Source of the DNA: Candidatus Limnocylindrales bacterium
GTDB lineage: Bacteria > Moduliflexota > Moduliflexia > Moduliflexales > JAUQPW01
DNA length: 64,000 bases
NCBI GenBank assembly: GCA_035559535.1
Contig: DATMBG010000017.1
Span: forward strand, 62,001-126,000
Direction of reading: 5' to 3'
Below, one piece after another: positions 50,351 through 60,360 of this stretch (positions are counted from its first letter, which is position 1; each line of letters starts with the position of its first letter). Below the pieces are notes generated by a model. That model searched no databases, was not told the origin of the DNA, and saw nothing but the letters and a program-made list of their open reading frames with translations. Made by a program: the position numbers and the translations under genes.

Positions 50351-52084
50351 TTAAAGGCCCAAGGCATCAATCAATCCGAATCCCCATTTAGGATCGAAAA
50401 TTCCTGCCGGCTGTCCCGGGATTAAACTATGGGCACGAAGCAAAGTTTTGACGTCCTGGGGACCTAGTTTAGGATCACGCTCTAAAAGTAAAGCCACAAT
50501 TCCGGCTATGAAGGGGGTTGCCATACTGGTACCTGCCATGACCAGGAAGTTCGGATTCACCATTTCCGCTCGGGAGGGTTGAGAATCCGCGGAAAGGCAA
50601 GAAACAATCATGGCTCCCGGTGCCGTCACATCAGGTTTCTGTTTTCCATTACGAAGAGGACCTTCGCTACTGAAATCCGAGATATCATCTAAAACCAGTC
50701 CCACCGTCCGAACATGACCATCGATATCCGTCCATTGGACTTTTGTGGTATACGAGGCAACCGTTATGGCACTGGCAGCTGCGCCTGGAGAACCTATTTT
50801 CATCGAGTCTTTGACACTTGCTCCGGTAAAAACCACCTCTGGGGAAATCTGATCATCCAGGGTCCATATATCTAATCGGGCATCAGTTGCCGAAATATTA
50901 CGAACCCGTAACTGCCAGATGCCTCCCTTGACCGGAAGGCCGGGTGGAGCACCCATCTCAATAAAGAAGTTATGGTCACCGTTGGCCGGATCGGGGCCTG
51001 GGGTGGCTATCCGTATCCTCGCATCTGGTAAAGGATAGGTTTTTACATAGGATCCTGAAGAAATAACTCCCTGAAAGGGGGTTACAAACTTTCCAGGGGT
51101 TCGTAGAGAAACTTCTAAGGAATTTGCCCCCGAATACCAACCGTTCAGGGCCGCCATGTGAACTGTACCCGTTGGAACCCGAAAGCGAACGGTACGTAGA
51201 GTCCCTGCAGGGATTACGCCTTGAGCGTGGATATTGTCGTTTCCTTCATTACCTGCCGCACAACACACAATGCGTCCCTCTCCAGACTCCATATCAATAA
51301 TTTGAGATAACGAGTCGCTCCCATCGTGGGCATCATAATGGCCCCCCAGACTCAAATTGACCACGGCTGCTCGCCCGAGATCATGGGCTACTCGAAAGAT
51401 ATATCGGATCCCATCGGCAATATGAGCATCCTGCAGATCCGATTTAACAATCACCAGGTCTGCTCCTGGGGCTATCCCTCCAAAAACAGGATCAAACCCG
51501 GCAGCAATTCCGGCAACATGGGTTCCATGTCCCTCTCGATCCCGAGACGCTGTAAGTTGAGCCCCGGTTAATTCAAGGCCATACCCTCCCTCTGCAACTC
51601 CCGGACCGGTTAAGGTCTGATCCCAGATACGCAGAATGCGTCCCAGAAAGGCGGGATGATTAGGGTCAATGCCGGTATCTACGATCCCGATAATTACACC
51701 TTTTCCACTCAATCGACTGTTACGTCGAAACTCTGGGATATGTACCTTACCGGGAGCCACATCCATCCGTAACCGCAAATAGTGGGATGAAATGATACGC
51801 TCTACGGCAGGATCGTCTGATAAGGGGCCTATACTCTCTATAGGCAAAAGCGCCGTCCGTATTTTACCCCTGGACTGATTAACCCGAATGCCATATTGCG
51901 CCAGGTTATCCAATCGTGCCTGCTCTTCACAATGAATAAAAACCACTGCACGGGCCGGTTTCGGACTACCTACCGACGGAATAACCCCCAGAGAACGCAT
52001 ATGCCGAATCAATCCTACCCGTCCTTCTTCCTGATAATTCTCCAGTGCCACCATTAACTGGGGAGCAATTTTTTCATGTCTCAT
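50351..52084 (-). CDS. S8 subtilase with prodomain and internal insert, no signal peptide
   Basis: GIVDTGID, HGTHVAGIAAG, AAGNEG and GTSMATP motifs; GGGAGG RBS. Confidence 0.92.
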   Translation of the reverse strand: MRHEKIAPQLMVALENYQEEGRVGLIRHMRSLGVIPSVGSPKPARAVVFIHCEEQARLDNLAQYGIRVNQSRGKIRTALLPIESIGPLSDDPAVERIISSHYLRLRMDVAPGKVHIPEFRRNSRLSGKGVIIGIVDTGIDPNHPAFLGRILRIWDQTLTGPGVAEGGYGLELTGAQLTASRDREGHGTHVAGIAAGFDPVFGGIAPGADLVIVKSDLQDAHIADGIRYIFRVAHDLGRAAVVNLSLGGHYDAHDGSDSLSQIIDMESGEGRIVCCAAGNEGNDNIHAQGVIPAGTLRTVRFRVPTGTVHMAALNGWYSGANSLEVSLRTPGKFVTPFQGVISSGSYVKTYPLPDARIRIATPGPDPANGDHNFFIEMGAPPGLPVKGGIWQLRVRNISATDARLDIWTLDDQISPEVVFTGASVKDSMKIGSPGAAASAITVASYTTKVQWTDIDGHVRTVGLVLDDISDFSSEGPLRNGKQKPDVTAPGAMIVSCLSADSQPSRAEMVNPNFLVMAGTSMATPFIAGIVALLLERDPKLGPQDVKTLLRAHSLIPGQPAGIFDPKWGFGLIDALGL

Positions 52085-52779
52085 TATTTCCCTCCCTTCT
52101 CGGTTAATATGACCACAAAAGGTGAATTCTGCAATCTATTTTTCTTCCCCCTAGTAAGAAATCTCCCGCTACCCATCTTTTTTCCAGGCCAGTCCTCATC
52201 CTATTCCTTCTCTTGTGGTTGTGGGGAGGGGACGGGATGGGATAAGGATTAAAGGCGACCTGTTTCACAGGTTGCTCCTCAATTCCCCCCGTACACGGGG
52301 AGAATTCCTACGCATGCGGGGAAGGGGGGAATATAGCGGAAAGGGGAGCTTCCTTCGGAGCTTGAAAAAAATTCTGAATGACTGGATCCCGGACTTGCGT
52401 CGGGGGCTACCAACCCTTCGCCCCTGACGGGGCTTTTCAGCTTAAAAAAGGCGCGTGGGAGTGTCAGTTCCTGCCGGAGAGTAAATGGGGTGTTCAGGCT
52501 GAAAATAAGGCTTTCCCCCTTCTTAGCTTACTGCGTAGGGGGTTATCCTTATTTCATTAGCCAACATTTCCTGAAGAATGGATAGAAAACAGGCGGTTTT
52601 CTGGAAGTAAAGGAAGAGAAACAGGATAGGAATCTCTCTCAAAAAACGTGTAGAAAAATTATCTGAAGGACAGAAAAAGAGGTTAATTAATACTCCCACC
52701 CTCGCCTCCCTGGTTCTGCTCGCTTCTTCAACGTGTATTTTTCAGCCTTCTTTTATAATCTCATATCATCAATAAGCTC

Positions 52780-52986
52780 TTATTCTTCACTTTGTATTTC
52801 AGCTCCACACCAGGGACAATGGGAAATACCTACATAGGGGGCTCCAGGTTTTTCACTTTTCAAGGAAAGCTTTCCAGGTGGATAGTCCACATCCGGGGAA
52901 ACGATAAAATATTGACACTGAACGGCAAAGGCCAGTTCATCACAACATTTCTTGATACTTAATAATTCTAAAACATTTCGTCTCAT
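52780..52986 (-). CDS. Small Cys-rich hypothetical protein (CC...CPWCG)
   Basis: GGAGG RBS before MRRNVL; CCDEL and HCPWCG. Confidence 0.6.
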   Translation of the reverse strand: MRRNVLELLSIKKCCDELAFAVQCQYFIVSPDVDYPPGKLSLKSEKPGAPYVGISHCPWCGAEIQSEE

Positions 52987-53444
52987 AGCCTTAAACCTCC
53001 TGGTGGATGATTTGGTCATCAGTAAATTTAACACTTATATTCGTCAGTAATACTAAATTTAAACATAATCTTAACTATAATCTTAGTATATTCAAAATCT
53101 GTTCTCAACTTCCTATACTTTGAAAGACTTTGGGTGATCTTCCCTGTTTCTGGGCTTTCTCCCAGATCCCAGGAGCCTCCTTTCTCCTTCTGTTCCCTGT
53201 TAAAAGTGGGGCCAAAAATACCCCTTTGACAGGTAATCCGGTTGTAGGGGTATCGGGTCGGTCACCTTTAAGAAAGGTTAAGACGATCTATCCCATCAGA
53301 ACTGGTATAATCCCCCAGCATAAAGGATCCGGTGAGTTTTGCAGGGTTAAGGCAGGGTATTAAGCTTCGTGAGACGGTCTAAAAACCTCATCTAACCCCA
53401 AAACTATCCATGGAATTTTCTTTTTCTAAGAGGTCCTGGACTTT

Positions 53445-54614
53445 TTATTTTAATGTTTCTTTCAGAAACTCTTCAAATTTATCCAGTGCCGGTTTCAGCA
53501 GGCTTTCCTCGGCTGCAAAGCAAATTCTAACGTGTCCTTCTCCCCCTTCTCCAAAGGCTGAGCCAGGTGCAAGGCCTACTTTCTTGGTCAGAAGTAGTTT
53601 TTTGCAAAATTCCAGAGAATCTTTCATACCCTTGATTCTGGGGAAGGCATAGAAAGCTCCTTCCGGGATTATGAGATCCACTTCCTCCATAGCGGCCAGG
53701 CGTTGACAAATCAGGTCTCGATTTTTATGATAAATTTCTACACTTTGCTGAATGAACCCTTCCCCTTCACGGAGGGCTGTAATGGCCGCCCGTTGGGCGA
53801 TACTGGTCGCATGGGAGACGGTAAATTCTTGAAGCTTGGAAATTTGGGAAATAACCTTGTGGTGGCTCAGTACATACCCGACCCGCCAACCCGTCATGGA
53901 ATAGGTTTTGGAGAGGCTATTCAGAATAATAAGGTTTTCAGAAGGCTCAGATACAACCTTTGCAATGGAGGGAGCTGGCCTTTTGCCGGTAAAGACAAGA
54001 TGCTCATAGACTTCATCAAAGATCAGGGTTAAGCCATGTGTGACGGCAATCTGATAAAGTTTTTCCTTCTCCTCCAGAGTTGCCACCCAGCCTGTAGGAT
54101 TAGAAGGGCTGTTACAGACGATCAATTTGGTTTTATTATCGATGGCTTCTAAGATTCTATCAAAGTCCAAAGAATAGCGTTGGTCTAGTTGGGTGAGAGG
54201 AATTTCTATGGGGATTGCCCCTACCATTTCAATTACAGCTTTAAAATTAGGCCAGGCCGGTGAGATCAGAATGACTTTCTCGCCGGGATCAATAGCCGTA
54301 TAAACGGCCAGATGAATTCCCATCACTCCTCCCGCCGTGATGGCAATTTCGGTTTGAGGGTCATAGTGAACCTGATGCCATTCCCGAATTTTTTCCGATA
54401 AGGTCTGTCGAAGATCTAAATATCCGGCGTTGGCAGTATAAAAAACATAATCTTCATCCAGGGCTTTTTTTGCAGCTTTTTTGATAAAATCCGGGGTTCC
54501 AATATTGGATTCTCCCAGGAAGAGTCGATACACACCTTCCATTTTCGAGGATAAATCGTATATTTCCCGGATACTGGATGGAGGTACCTGAACGGCTCGT
54601 CGTGAAATTCCCAT
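53445..54614 (-). CDS. Class I/II PLP-dependent aminotransferase
   Basis: NSPSNPTG, DEVYE and SLSKTYSMTGWRVG motifs. Confidence 0.93.
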   Translation of the reverse strand: MGISRRAVQVPPSSIREIYDLSSKMEGVYRLFLGESNIGTPDFIKKAAKKALDEDYVFYTANAGYLDLRQTLSEKIREWHQVHYDPQTEIAITAGGVMGIHLAVYTAIDPGEKVILISPAWPNFKAVIEMVGAIPIEIPLTQLDQRYSLDFDRILEAIDNKTKLIVCNSPSNPTGWVATLEEKEKLYQIAVTHGLTLIFDEVYEHLVFTGKRPAPSIAKVVSEPSENLIILNSLSKTYSMTGWRVGYVLSHHKVISQISKLQEFTVSHATSIAQRAAITALREGEGFIQQSVEIYHKNRDLICQRLAAMEEVDLIIPEGAFYAFPRIKGMKDSLEFCKKLLLTKKVGLAPGSAFGEGGEGHVRICFAAEESLLKPALDKFEEFLKETLK

Positions 54615-54874
54615 GGTAGACTTTCCTTTCCTAAAGTTCTCAAAGATCTATATTATCTATATATCTTATCAGAATTTTTCATAGTCCCTGCTTTTGATAC
54701 TCAAAAATAAAACAGGTTCCGTAGTTTTTCGGGAAAAACCTTGACTCTCTTCAAATAAAGGAACTATGTTAAAGGACATTTCCAGCCTAAACAAAATCTA
54801 ATAGTCCGGATGAGATTTGTCGAGAATCTTAAGAGGCAGTTTTAGCGATAAGAGAAGGGAGGTAAAAGGTTCCC

Positions 54875-56143
54875 ATGAAAAGAAATCTTTCTTTCCAAGC
54901 AGGTAGTTCTACAAGCATTCCTCAAAAAGGTGAGTTACCCTATGCCTGGGTCATCGTAGCTTTAGCATTTTTGACTTCAGCTGTAACTATGGCGATTCGA
55001 TCCACCATTGGTCTTTTATTTAAACCTTGGGAGAATGAATTTGGTTGGGACCGGGCAGCTATGAGTTTAACGGCCTCTGTTGGCTTTCTGGCTTTTGGTT
55101 TAACCCAGCCGTTTGTAGGGCGTTGGGCGGACCGTTATGGTCCTCGTCTGGTCTACCTGGGTAGCCTTTTACTCCTCGGGTTCTCTTCGGTTGTGATGGG
55201 ATTTGTACAAAGTCTCTGGCAGGTTTATCTGGTCTTTGGAGTTGCCCTTATGATGTCGGTGGCCGGAACCACCAATGTAACCGCTGGAGTGGCGATTAAT
55301 CGCTGGGTCAGGCGAAGAAAAGCCCTGGCAATTGCCGTGGTCATGGCCGGAGCTGCGGCAGGTCAACTGGCACTCAGGCTCATCGTAGAGGTTATGCAAA
55401 GGGTCGGTTGGCGTACGACCTTTATCTGGAGTGGAATAGGGGTTCTGACCCTGCTTATTCCGGTTATGTTCTTCCTTTTCAAGGACGATCCTCCCGGACA
55501 TACAGAAGCGCAGGCAACAAAAGGGGGAGTGGATCGACTTCAATCTTTATCGGAAATTATCCAACAGAAAAACTTTGGGTGGCTTGCAGGTAGTTTTTGG
55601 ATTTGTGGGGTGACTACGGCCGGGCTTATTGATCCCCATTTGATTCCTTATGCTGAGGATCTTCATATTGATACGGTCATGGCGGCTACAGCCTTTGGAG
55701 TTCTCAGTACTTTTAATGTGCTAGGGACTCTTTTGGCGGGAGTCATCTCGGATAAATGGGGCCATAAATGGGTTCTAGGAGGGGTATACGCCGGTCGTGC
55801 TTTGACGTTAATTCTCCTTCTCCTTGTTCGAGAGCCGTGGATGCTTTTCGTTTTTGCCGTGACCTTTGGTATAGTAGATTTTGCTACTGTACCTCCCACA
55901 ACCGCACTTTCCACTTCACTTTTCGGCCGTCGATCCGGCGGTACTGTTATCGGTTTAGTTTCATTGAGTCATCAGGTAGGTTCGGCAGTGGGATCTTACG
56001 CAGGGGGTCTTATTCACGATGAAACAGGAAGTTATCGACTTTTTTTTCTGGGAGCAGCCCTCCTCTGTATTGCTGCGGCCATTATGAGCTGGGTTATTTC
56101 GGAGAAACCACGATCCATTCATAGGGAACCTTCCCTGATCTGA
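54875..56143 (+). CDS. MFS transporter
   Basis: Motif A GRWADRYGPR and GVISDKWG; about 12 TM helices. Confidence 0.92.
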   Translation: MKRNLSFQAGSSTSIPQKGELPYAWVIVALAFLTSAVTMAIRSTIGLLFKPWENEFGWDRAAMSLTASVGFLAFGLTQPFVGRWADRYGPRLVYLGSLLLLGFSSVVMGFVQSLWQVYLVFGVALMMSVAGTTNVTAGVAINRWVRRRKALAIAVVMAGAAAGQLALRLIVEVMQRVGWRTTFIWSGIGVLTLLIPVMFFLFKDDPPGHTEAQATKGGVDRLQSLSEIIQQKNFGWLAGSFWICGVTTAGLIDPHLIPYAEDLHIDTVMAATAFGVLSTFNVLGTLLAGVISDKWGHKWVLGGVYAGRALTLILLLLVREPWMLFVFAVTFGIVDFATVPPTTALSTSLFGRRSGGTVIGLVSLSHQVGSAVGSYAGGLIHDETGSYRLFFLGAALLCIAAAIMSWVISEKPRSIHREPSLI

Positions 56144-56222
56144 AAGAAAATGTTCCAGAATAAAGACCCAAGATCCTGACAGAAACTCTTCCCCCCGGGT
56201 CTGTGATCTTCTCAAAAATCCC

Positions 56223-56287
56223 TTGACAGTCTCAATAATCTTTTGTTATTCTATGAACAACCATTCATATTTTGAATATTTAATCAA
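56223..56287 (+). promoter_or_regulatory. Sigma-70 promoter with candidate TetR operator palindromes
   Basis: TTGACA-N18-TATTCT with extended TG; TATGAA-N6-TTCATA (56252-56269) and TTGA-N8-TCAA (56272-56287). Confidence 0.6.
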
Positions 56288-56300
56288 TGAGGAGGTTTCC

Positions 56301-56963
56301 ATGGTTTTACTCAGTCGTAAGGAAAGGGAATTTCAAGCGCGACGTGCTGAAATACTTAAAGCTGCTGAACGACTCTTTGCCACTAAGGGATTTTATGGAA
56401 CGACCATGGCTGAGATAGCCGAGGCGGCAGAATTTGGAACCGGGACTCTCTATAAATTTTTTGAAGATAAGAGGTCGCTTTATATAGCCATGTTAGAGGA
56501 AAAAGCCGAGGAGATGTTCTCTTTTGTTCGATCTGAGGTCTCCCATGAGCAGGGAAGCATTAACAAGCTTTGCAGGTTGATACAGGCTCACCTTTCCTTC
56601 TTTGAGGAGAATCGAGAGTTTTTTAAGATTTACATTCGAGATCGTTATCATTTCGAGTGGAATATGAAAGATGAGTTTGGGGAGAAGGTTCATCATAAAT
56701 ATGTTTCTTATATATCCTTTGTGGCCGAGATTATTCAAGAAGGAATTCAGAATAAAGAGCTTAAGGAAGTAGATCCCTTTGAGCTGGCTCATGCTCTGAC
56801 TGGAATGATTAATTCTTTCATTTTTCAATGGGTTCTCAAAGATACCGAAAAGGACTCCTTAACGGCTAAAAGCCGGACCATTTTAAATTTATTTTTAAAT
56901 GGTGCAGCTACTAGGCCTCGGGAGGAATATCAGAAGATATGTCAAAAGTCATCAAATTTATAA
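56301..56963 (+). CDS. TetR/AcrR family regulator
   Basis: ILKAAERLFATKGFYGTTMAEIAEAA..GTLYKFFEDK HTH; GAGGAGG RBS before ATG 56301. Confidence 0.92.
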   Translation: MVLLSRKEREFQARRAEILKAAERLFATKGFYGTTMAEIAEAAEFGTGTLYKFFEDKRSLYIAMLEEKAEEMFSFVRSEVSHEQGSINKLCRLIQAHLSFFEENREFFKIYIRDRYHFEWNMKDEFGEKVHHKYVSYISFVAEIIQEGIQNKELKEVDPFELAHALTGMINSFIFQWVLKDTEKDSLTAKSRTILNLFLNGAATRPREEYQKICQKSSNL

Positions 56964-58321
56964 AATTTATTGCGGGTCTTCTTGCCTTAGTTTTAATCGG
57001 TGCCGGAATAGCTTCATATATGGGTTTTATAGATCCCATGAACCTGGTCAAGCGGCCTCAGGCTTCCAACGAGAAGAAGAGTCCTCCGTCAGCCCAAAAT
57101 AACCTTCCCGCCCCCCAACCCCAGCAGGTTGCCCAACAATCTCCCCAACAGCCAGCTCAACAACCTGCCAAGAGTTCAGATCCGGCTGCACCGCCCGCTG
57201 CAAAACCTTCGGGTCCTGCTCCCCAATCGATAGAGGTAGAAGTAGCGCCGGCTAAAACCCGACCCATTCAGAGAACCGTTGATTTTGTGGGGACTCTGAT
57301 TGCCTTTGAAGAAAGTACCATTAGCAGCCAGGTAGAAGGACGAGTCGAAAAGGTAACTGTGGACCTGGGGGATACGGTTAAAAAAGGGGATCTTCTGGTT
57401 AAGATCAATGATGAAGAGTTCAGACTGGATGTGAATAAGGCCCTGGCCGATTTAAAACAGACTTTAGCCAAATTAGGGATTGAGGACTCGGCCAGGGGGA
57501 ATATCGATCTTAACAAAACCGCTTTGGTAAAAAAAGCTCGAGCAGATATGGAGAATGCTGAGTTAAATTATAAGCGGTTAAGTAAGCTCCTGGAAGATCG
57601 GCTCGTTCCCCAGCAACAGGTGGATGATGCACAAACGAAATACCAGATAGCCAAAGCCACTTATGATGCGGCCCTGGAGGATGCAAGGGTTTTGGTAGCA
57701 ACCATTGATGCAAAAAAGGCAGATCTTTCCATGAAGCAAAAGAAGCTCTCGGATACCAGCGTGATCGCTCCTATTAGTGGAGAGGTCTTAAGCAAAAAAG
57801 TCTCTGTGGGAGAGTACGTGCAAGTCGGAACTCCCCTGATTACCCTGGTAGATTCCAGCCAGCTAAGGCTCCGGGGAGATATTCCGGAGCGATTCTCTAC
57901 CCAAATTAGTGAAGGTCAGGAGGTTAAGATCTCCGTGGATGCAGTTCCTAATGAGACCTTTGGAGGAAAGATAAGTCGAATCAGTCCGGCCTCCAATCCT
58001 GAAACCCGCGCCATAACCGTTGAAGCCCTTATTCCTAATCCAGACAAAAAACTAAAACCCGGGTTTTTTGCAAAGGCTTCGGTACTTACCAAGACCGATG
58101 AAAAATCGGTGACCGTTCCCCAGGAAGCTCTGATTACGTTTGCCGGAGTAACCAAGGTTTTTGTCATTGCCGATAATAAGGCTTCTGAACGGATTGTGCA
58201 GAAGGGAATAACCCTGGGTAATGAGGTAGAGATCGTTCATGGGGTCAATCCCGGAGAAGTTGTGGCCATCTCAGGACATAGTAAATTGCACGATGGAGCT
58301 CCTGTTACCGTAAAAAAGTGA
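56939..58321 (+). CDS. RND-type efflux membrane fusion (periplasmic adaptor) protein
   Basis: TM anchor, P/Q-rich linker, lipoyl motifs VDLGDTVKKGDLL and APISG..VGEYV, LKPGFF. Confidence 0.9.
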   Translation: MSKVIKFIKFIAGLLALVLIGAGIASYMGFIDPMNLVKRPQASNEKKSPPSAQNNLPAPQPQQVAQQSPQQPAQQPAKSSDPAAPPAAKPSGPAPQSIEVEVAPAKTRPIQRTVDFVGTLIAFEESTISSQVEGRVEKVTVDLGDTVKKGDLLVKINDEEFRLDVNKALADLKQTLAKLGIEDSARGNIDLNKTALVKKARADMENAELNYKRLSKLLEDRLVPQQQVDDAQTKYQIAKATYDAALEDARVLVATIDAKKADLSMKQKKLSDTSVIAPISGEVLSKKVSVGEYVQVGTPLITLVDSSQLRLRGDIPERFSTQISEGQEVKISVDAVPNETFGGKISRISPASNPETRAITVEALIPNPDKKLKPGFFAKASVLTKTDEKSVTVPQEALITFAGVTKVFVIADNKASERIVQKGITLGNEVEIVHGVNPGEVVAISGHSKLHDGAPVTVKK

Positions 58322-58369
58322 AGGAAGGTACGGGTGTATAAAGCTTTGGAAGAAATCTCTATGAAACGT

Positions 58370-58665
58370 CACACCCCTATCCTTTCCTCCCCTACTTTCA
58401 CCTTCTTCCCTTCCCTCTTTCCTGAAGCTTCAGAAAAGAGGGGATAAGGCGCTTGGAGGAGTAGATTTTTTTCTAACCTGACTCCCTCCTTCCCTTCTCG
58501 ATGCGGGAGGAGGGAACTCGGGGATGGCCTTCCTTCCCCACTCTCCCTTCCTTTTCTCATTCCCTCTCTCCCAACCTGGGAGAAGGGGACAGGAGGTAAG
58601 GGGAAAGGGGAATCGGAGGGATCGGGTCCAAAAAACCTGCCCTTGAGAGGGGATAAGGTGAGAGT
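58370..58665. repeat. Cluster of degenerate polypurine/polypyrimidine palindromic repeats
   Basis: ctccctccttccc..gggaggaggga and ctctctcccaacctgggagaaggg hairpins; no credible ORF. Confidence 0.55.
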
Positions 58666-58677
58666 TTATCACTGACT

Positions 58678-59316
58678 ATGTATATACCGGAACTGTTTGA
58701 AATAAAGGATAGGGAAGTGCTTCTGGATTTTATCCAGAAAAACAGTTTTGCCATTTTAGTCTCTCAAAAGGATGGAAAACTCCTGGCGACCCACCTGCCG
58801 CTTTTACTGGACAAAAGTATCGGGCCCCAAGGGTATCTCTACGGCCATATGGCCCGGGCTAATCCCCATTGGAAGGAAATCGACGGTGAGGTTTTGGTGA
58901 TTTTCTCCGGCCCGCATGCCTATATTTCCCCATCCTGGTATGAAGAAATAGAAGCGGTTCCCACCTGGAATTATATCGCTGTTCATGTGTATGGAAACTT
59001 TCATGTAATAAACGATGAATCGGATTTACTAAAAATCCTTCAAAATCTTATAGATTTCTACGAATCCTCTCTACCAAAACCCTGGAATATAGCCATAGCC
59101 CCTTCAGATTATATCCATAAGCTTCTGAAAGGAATCGTGGGATTTAAAATTGAGATCACACGAATAGAAGGGAAATGGAAAATCAGTCAAAATCAATCGG
59201 TAGAGCGGCGGAGAAAAGTTATAGCTGCCCTGGAAAAGTACGGCAGCGAAAATGCAATTAAGATTGCAGAACTCATGAAGGCCCGGGATAGCTCCCCAAC
59301 TCTGGAAACCTCGTAG
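58678..59316 (+). CDS. paiB: PaiB-like FMN-binding negative transcriptional regulator
   Basis: MYIP, GHMARANPHW, HAYISPSWY, VPTWNY and GKWKISQN motifs. Confidence 0.9.
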   Translation: MYIPELFEIKDREVLLDFIQKNSFAILVSQKDGKLLATHLPLLLDKSIGPQGYLYGHMARANPHWKEIDGEVLVIFSGPHAYISPSWYEEIEAVPTWNYIAVHVYGNFHVINDESDLLKILQNLIDFYESSLPKPWNIAIAPSDYIHKLLKGIVGFKIEITRIEGKWKISQNQSVERRRKVIAALEKYGSENAIKIAELMKARDSSPTLETS

Positions 59317-59592
59317 GGGTAGTCTGCTTAACCGGCGGCTTCCTTTGACACCTTCAAGGACAGGCTCCCACGGAGCCTGGAAACTTTAAAAGGATTCCGT
59401 TTTGTTCCAAAACACTCTTACTCAGTTAATGTCATTGCCCCATGGGATCGCCCCCCAATCGGGCAATTCTGTAGAGATGCTTCTGCCTGTGGGGTCATAT
59501 CCCTATATGAGAAGGGTAAGAAGGGTCCGACAATACCTGATAAGAGTTGTCGGTATGTTGCTCAGACCCATAAGTCTCTGGGAGGTAAGGAC

Positions 59593-60351
59593 GTGAAAAA
59601 ACAATTGGAAGGAAAAATAGCTTTAGTAACCGGGGCAAGCTCGGGAATTGGTCGGGCTATGGCCCTGGTATTTGCTCGGGAAGGAGCAAAGGTTATTGTA
59701 GCCGATTTAAACGAAAAGGGTGGTCAGGAAACCATAGAGGAGGTTAAAGCTATAGGGAGTGAGTCTATTTTCGTCAAAACCGATGTATCCAGGGCGAGCG
59801 ACGTGGAGGCCCTGGTGAGAAAAACGATGGAAACCTATGGTCGACTGGATTGTGCCGTTAATAATGCCGGAACCGCTAACGAATGGGGACTCCTTCATGA
59901 AGCCTCAGAAGAGACCTGGGATCATGTGATCAATATTAATCTCAAAGGGGTTTGGTTAGGTATGAAGTATGAGATTCCTCCTATGCTTAAGCAGGGTGGT
60001 GGGGTTATTGTCAATATTTCTTCTATCATGGGATTGGTCGGGCATCTTAACAAACCCATCTATGCTGCCAGTAAACATGGAGTTATAGGACTTACCAAAT
60101 CCGCCGCATTACAATATGCCGGGTCCGGAATTCGAGTTAATGCCGTCTGTCCGGGCTGGATCCGTACACCCATAACAGAAAGTCGACTGAATGATCCAGA
60201 AAGCCGGGAACGAATGATTGCCACTATACCTCTCGGACGGGTGGGGTCTCCCGAAGAAGTAGCCGAAGCAGTTCTCTGGTTATGTTCAGATGCTGCTTCC
60301 TTTGTTACCGGGCATACCTTGTTGGTAGACGGTGGATTTATGGCACAATAA
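59593..60351 (+). CDS. SDR family oxidoreductase
   Basis: TGASSGIG, NNAG and YAASKHG motifs; GGAGG RBS with GTG start. Confidence 0.93.
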   Translation: MKKQLEGKIALVTGASSGIGRAMALVFAREGAKVIVADLNEKGGQETIEEVKAIGSESIFVKTDVSRASDVEALVRKTMETYGRLDCAVNNAGTANEWGLLHEASEETWDHVININLKGVWLGMKYEIPPMLKQGGGVIVNISSIMGLVGHLNKPIYAASKHGVIGLTKSAALQYAGSGIRVNAVCPGWIRTPITESRLNDPESRERMIATIPLGRVGSPEEVAEAVLWLCSDAASFVTGHTLLVDGGFMAQ

Positions 60352-60360
60352 AAGCCTTCC

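Noticed and set aside
52370-52500. Possible 6S or other structured ncRNA
   Set aside because: I could not build a convincing long rod with a central bubble; the core (gggctaccaacccttcgcccctgacggggct) looks like a dispersed REP-like repeat. An Rfam cmscan would settle it
56223-56300. N-terminal extension of TetR
   Set aside because: The TTG start is the -35 box, and a strong RBS precedes ATG 56301
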